A program made the translations under genes and the position numbers. The notes below the pieces were generated by a model. The model was not told the DNA's origin. It saw only the letters and a program-made list of their open reading frames with translations, and did no database searches. Below are positions 61,260-64,000 of a stretch of 64,000 bases of DNA, piece after piece; within the stretch, counting starts at the first letter, position 1; each line of letters opens with the position of its first letter. The stretch comes from Pseudonocardia sp. (GTDB lineage Bacteria > Actinomycetota > Actinomycetes > Mycobacteriales > Pseudonocardiaceae), in the NCBI RefSeq assembly GCF_035489915.1, contig NZ_DATHIT010001015.1; one strand, written 5' to 3'.

Positions 61260-61278
61260 ATGCGACTAGTGGTCGCTA
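61260..61278. promoter_or_regulatory. Operator site 8: ATGCGAC-TAGTG-GTCGCTA
   Basis: Directly upstream of the ferredoxin start (minus strand). Confidence 0.75.
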
Positions 61279-61321
61279 GGAGCAGTTGAACTGGAGCATA
61301 CACACCTTTGATGGACTCAGT

Positions 61322-61340
61322 TAGCGACCAGCAGTCGCTA
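61322..61340. promoter_or_regulatory. Operator site 9: TAGCGAC-CAGCA-GTCGCTA overlapping TATAAT
   Basis: Perfect 7-bp arms; TATAAT at 61339-61344 upstream of the HTH-coxIII-coxIV operon. Confidence 0.82.
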
Positions 61341-61380
61341 TAATGGAGAGGTTCCCCAGCGACTGGAGGATCAGCGACCG

Positions 61381-62013
61381 GTGCCCGGCGACTGGATGGA
61401 GATCCTCACCGCGCCCGAGCGACAAGGGCTGTCGGTCACTGAGGTGTGCCGCCGGTACGGAATCGCGCGCAAGACGTTTTACACCCACCTGGCCCGTTAC
61501 CGCGCGGAGGGTGATCCCGGCTTGGCTCCGCGTCGACGCCGGAACGCTTCCGGGTCCCGAGTGCCCGGCGAACTGGTCCAGGACGTGCTCCGGCTGCGCG
61601 TCGGAAACCCCGGATGGGGAGCGCGGCGAATTCGCGCCGAGCTACTCAAGCGGCACGATGCGGGGTGTCGGTCGCCCGCTGGCGGCTTGCCGGTTCCGGC
61701 CGCGTCGACCATCCACGAAATCCTGGTGCGTGCGGGTCTGATCATGTCGAGAGACCGGCAGAGCTCCCGCAAGGTCGATACCCAGGGCACGATCAGCTTC
61801 CGAGGTCGCCGCATCCAGCTCGGGACAGCGGCACGAGGCCGCACCGTCGTCGTCGAAGAGGCCGGTAGTCAGATTCGTATTCTCGCCGATGCGGAGCTGC
61901 TGCGTGAGCTCCCGCTGGGCCCTGTCGGCGCCTATCACGGCAGCGGCAAGAAGCCCACCGGACGCCCTCGGGCGCTGCCCGCATCGGTCCGGCCTACCGA
62001 GGGGAGTCCCTAA
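61381..62013 (+). CDS. IS481-transposase-derived HTH protein lacking the DDE core
   Basis: SVTEVCRRYGIARKTFY..L.RY..EG..GL, P.WGARRI, VPAASTIH.IL.RAGL joined directly to the C-terminal RKVD..G.ISF.G domain; no rve domain; TAATG-coupled to coxIII. Confidence 0.78.
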   Translation: MPGDWMEILTAPERQGLSVTEVCRRYGIARKTFYTHLARYRAEGDPGLAPRRRRNASGSRVPGELVQDVLRLRVGNPGWGARRIRAELLKRHDAGCRSPAGGLPVPAASTIHEILVRAGLIMSRDRQSSRKVDTQGTISFRGRRIQLGTAARGRTVVVEEAGSQIRILADAELLRELPLGPVGAYHGSGKKPTGRPRALPASVRPTEGSP

Positions 62014-62615
62014 TGACAACGGTGTCGAAGCTCGACCTCGCCGAACGGCCGACTCGCCCGGAGCGGCACCTGCCAGGGGAGGCCGGTACCTGGGTATTCA
62101 TCTTCGGCGACATGGGGGTCTTCGCCGTCTTCTTCTGTACGTATCTCTACTACCGGGGTGAGCACCCCGACCTGTTCAACGACTCGCAGCTGGCGTTGCG
62201 GCCCAGCTACGGCGTGATCAACACATTGTTCCTACTCGCCAGCTCGTTGTGCGTGGTGCTCGGGATCCGCGCGGTACGGGCGGAGTCCCGCAAGGTCGCG
62301 CCGTCGCTGTTTTTCCTGGCTCTACTGTGCGGCCTGGGTTTCGCGGTCATGAAGTTCGTGGAGTACAGCGAGAAGCTCAGTGCGGGCATCACGCCCGTGA
62401 CGAACAGCTTCTTCATGTACTACTACATCCTGACGGGGCTGCACTTTTTTCACGTCGTCCTCGGCATGGCCGTCCTTATTTTCCTTATCGTGAAGTCGCG
62501 CGCGACTATTTTGACTGCAAGGCAATTCGCCTTCATGGAAGGCGGGGCGTGCTTTTGGCATATGGTCGACCTGCTCTGGATCGTGCTGTTCCCCCTCGTC
62601 TACTTGGTGAAATGA
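62013..62615 (+). CDS. Cytochrome c oxidase subunit III-family protein (orphan, NorE-like)
   Basis: G.WVFIFGD, NT.FLL.SS, FF.YY..LTGLH..HV, WH.VD..WI.LFP..YL. Confidence 0.88.
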   Translation: MTTVSKLDLAERPTRPERHLPGEAGTWVFIFGDMGVFAVFFCTYLYYRGEHPDLFNDSQLALRPSYGVINTLFLLASSLCVVLGIRAVRAESRKVAPSLFFLALLCGLGFAVMKFVEYSEKLSAGITPVTNSFFMYYYILTGLHFFHVVLGMAVLIFLIVKSRATILTARQFAFMEGGACFWHMVDLLWIVLFPLVYLVK

Positions 62616-62923
62616 GGCGCGCTATGACCTCCCGTGCCGCTCGGCGTTCCCCACTGGTCGCGCTACTTCAGAGCCGGGTCACGGTGATCTGGCTCGTCCT
62701 CGTCGCGGCAACGCTGCTGTCCTTCTGGTTGGGCACTGACCATGGTCTCGCCTCAGTGACCTCGAGGTCGGTCCTGATCTTCATGGTCGCGCTCATCAAG
62801 GTGCGCTTCGTCGGGCTCTACTTCATGGAGCTCAAGAACGCCCCGCTCGCACTGCGCGCCCTCTTCGAGACCTACTGCGTGCTGGTGTGCGCGGCGTTGA
62901 TTAGTTTCTACCTGTTCAGCTAG
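62612..62923 (+). CDS. Cytochrome c oxidase subunit IV-family small membrane protein
   Basis: W..LV.AT..S, A.IKV.FV..YFMELK.AP; 3 TM. Start may be 62612 or 62624. Confidence 0.8.
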   Translation: MRRAMTSRAARRSPLVALLQSRVTVIWLVLVAATLLSFWLGTDHGLASVTSRSVLIFMVALIKVRFVGLYFMELKNAPLALRALFETYCVLVCAALISFYLFS

Positions 62924-63650
62924 TGGCGTCCCGCTTGTTGACGGCCTGGATCGTCAATGTGGTCATCGCAATGATCCAGACGAAGAACACTCCGAGCGGA
63001 ATCCAGATCGCGAAGATCCCGTTAAACGCCAGCGGACCGGTCTTGAAGAAGATCATGAGTCCGCCGGGGATGGACAGCAGCGCGACCCACAGGCTCAAAT
63101 ACGCCGACCATCGGGGAAAAACCGGGGACTCGTCCCGATCGCCGAAGATGGCGGCGGCGACCGCCACGTACCAGACGAACAGCGGTGACCAGTCGAAGAC
63201 GAAGAAGAACCAACCGAGATCGGACAGGGTGCGGGTCAGCTCGGGAGAAATCTCAGCGGGGCGGAAGGAAGCCACCGCCCAGGAGATCACGCTCGCCACT
63301 CCGATGAGGGTGGCTACCCCGATTGCCGCGATCTGGACGAAAGTCGTCACGGACGAGGAACTTCGAATTCGGTTCGTTTGCACGGCCAGGGAGGCGCCCC
63401 ACGGCACGATCAACCCCATGCCCGCCATCATGAGCGCTAGCCCTAGGTGGACCTGGACTGAGTTGTTCGCGAAGAAGGCGCGCATTTGTTCGGCAGTGGC
63501 CGTCGGTTGGGGCGGGGGCCAGAGGCCGGCAACCAGTAGGCCTCCTCCGACGAGCAGGATGAGAAGTGGCCCGCACCAAGCGCACAGAAGCTGTTGTCGC
63601 CGGGGGATGGCAAAATCGATAGTCTCCCGAGCTGTCAGCGACTCGACCAT
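62916..63650 (-). CDS. Uncharacterised polytopic membrane protein (paralog of 28420..29136)
   Basis: WCGP, G.WPPP.P, FRP.EI, DLGWF, P.FPRW.AYL, PGG...FFKTGP.A.NG; 3' end overlaps coxIV by 8 nt. Confidence 0.82.
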   Translation of the reverse strand: MVESLTARETIDFAIPRRQQLLCAWCGPLLILLVGGGLLVAGLWPPPQPTATAEQMRAFFANNSVQVHLGLALMMAGMGLIVPWGASLAVQTNRIRSSSSVTTFVQIAAIGVATLIGVASVISWAVASFRPAEISPELTRTLSDLGWFFFVFDWSPLFVWYVAVAAAIFGDRDESPVFPRWSAYLSLWVALLSIPGGLMIFFKTGPLAFNGIFAIWIPLGVFFVWIIAMTTLTIQAVNKRDATS

Positions 63651-63711
63651 TGCGAGACCTCCAAATTCGAACTCAGTGATCAATGGTAGGAAACCTACCG
63701 GTGCAGATGTC

Positions 63712-63730
63712 AAGCGACAACTAGTCTCCT
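63712..63730. promoter_or_regulatory. Operator site 10: AAGCGAC-AACTA-GTCTCCT
   Basis: On the minus strand it runs into TTGACA upstream of the membrane-protein gene. Confidence 0.62.
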
Positions 63731-64000
63731 AAATTTCCTGGGTTGATGGGGTGGGTTGTGGACCTTGTGGGTGCCGAGAACTTGTGCGCGGCGGTCTGCC
63801 GCCGAGGCCCCTTTGCCGCCTGAACGGACAGGCAAGATCGGTGCATGTGACGGTGGGCGCGGGCGATAGGCACCGGCTGGGTGGCCGGGACGAGGTGCCC
63901 GGCCCCAGCGTCGACGAGTTTGCCGAACCGAATGAGGTGGTCGCGGCGCTGGCACGGCCATCACCGGCGCTCCGTTTACCTGGCACGTAATCGCCACGAG

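Noticed and set aside
61381-62013. Active IS481 element
   Set aside because: No DDE/rve domain, and no terminal repeats or target duplication seen.
62013-62923. Canonical ctaE/ctaF respiratory operon
   Set aside because: No subunit I/II or qcr genes in the window, so gene symbols were withheld.
1-64000. CRISPR arrays, rRNA, tRNA, secondary-metabolite core synthases
   Set aside because: No regularly spaced repeats, RNA-gene signatures or PKS/NRPS/terpene-synthase motifs were seen by eye. A tRNAscan/Rfam run would be needed to exclude small RNAs.

Overview
High-GC actinobacterial DNA (Pseudonocardiaceae-like by gene content; inference), almost entirely catabolic, in three blocks. (1) ~1-10.3 kb: GntR regulator plus an operon with a PuuE-like deacetylase, CoA-transferase, isochorismatase-family amidohydrolase, sugar-type ABC importer, CitE-like lyase and hydrolase. 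It is cut off 13 codons into a second PuuE-like gene. (2) ~10.3-28.4 kb: a mosaic, decaying segment with a FAH/VOC/CMD operon, LAL regulator, ACAD/SDR, BVMO-SnoaL-esterase, AraC, DUF302, many gene fragments and an IS630-like end. (3) ~28.4-64 kb: an intact lipid/terpenoid-type catabolic cluster with beta-oxidation genes, TPP E1alpha/beta, a stand-alone lipoyl carrier, P450, Rieske oxygenase, ferredoxin, a yrbE/6x mce/MMPL importer, an orphan CoxIII/CoxIV pair and two paralogous membrane proteins. The main finding is a 19-bp palindrome, wAGCGAC-N5-GTCGCTw, found by eye at ten non-coding promoter positions across block 3. It is a candidate operator for the central TetR and would define a new regulon. 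One site precedes an IS481-derived gene that lacks the DDE core and is translationally coupled to coxIII, suggesting a domesticated transposase. No rRNA, tRNA or CRISPR array was seen. All calls come from reading motifs by eye; no searches were run.
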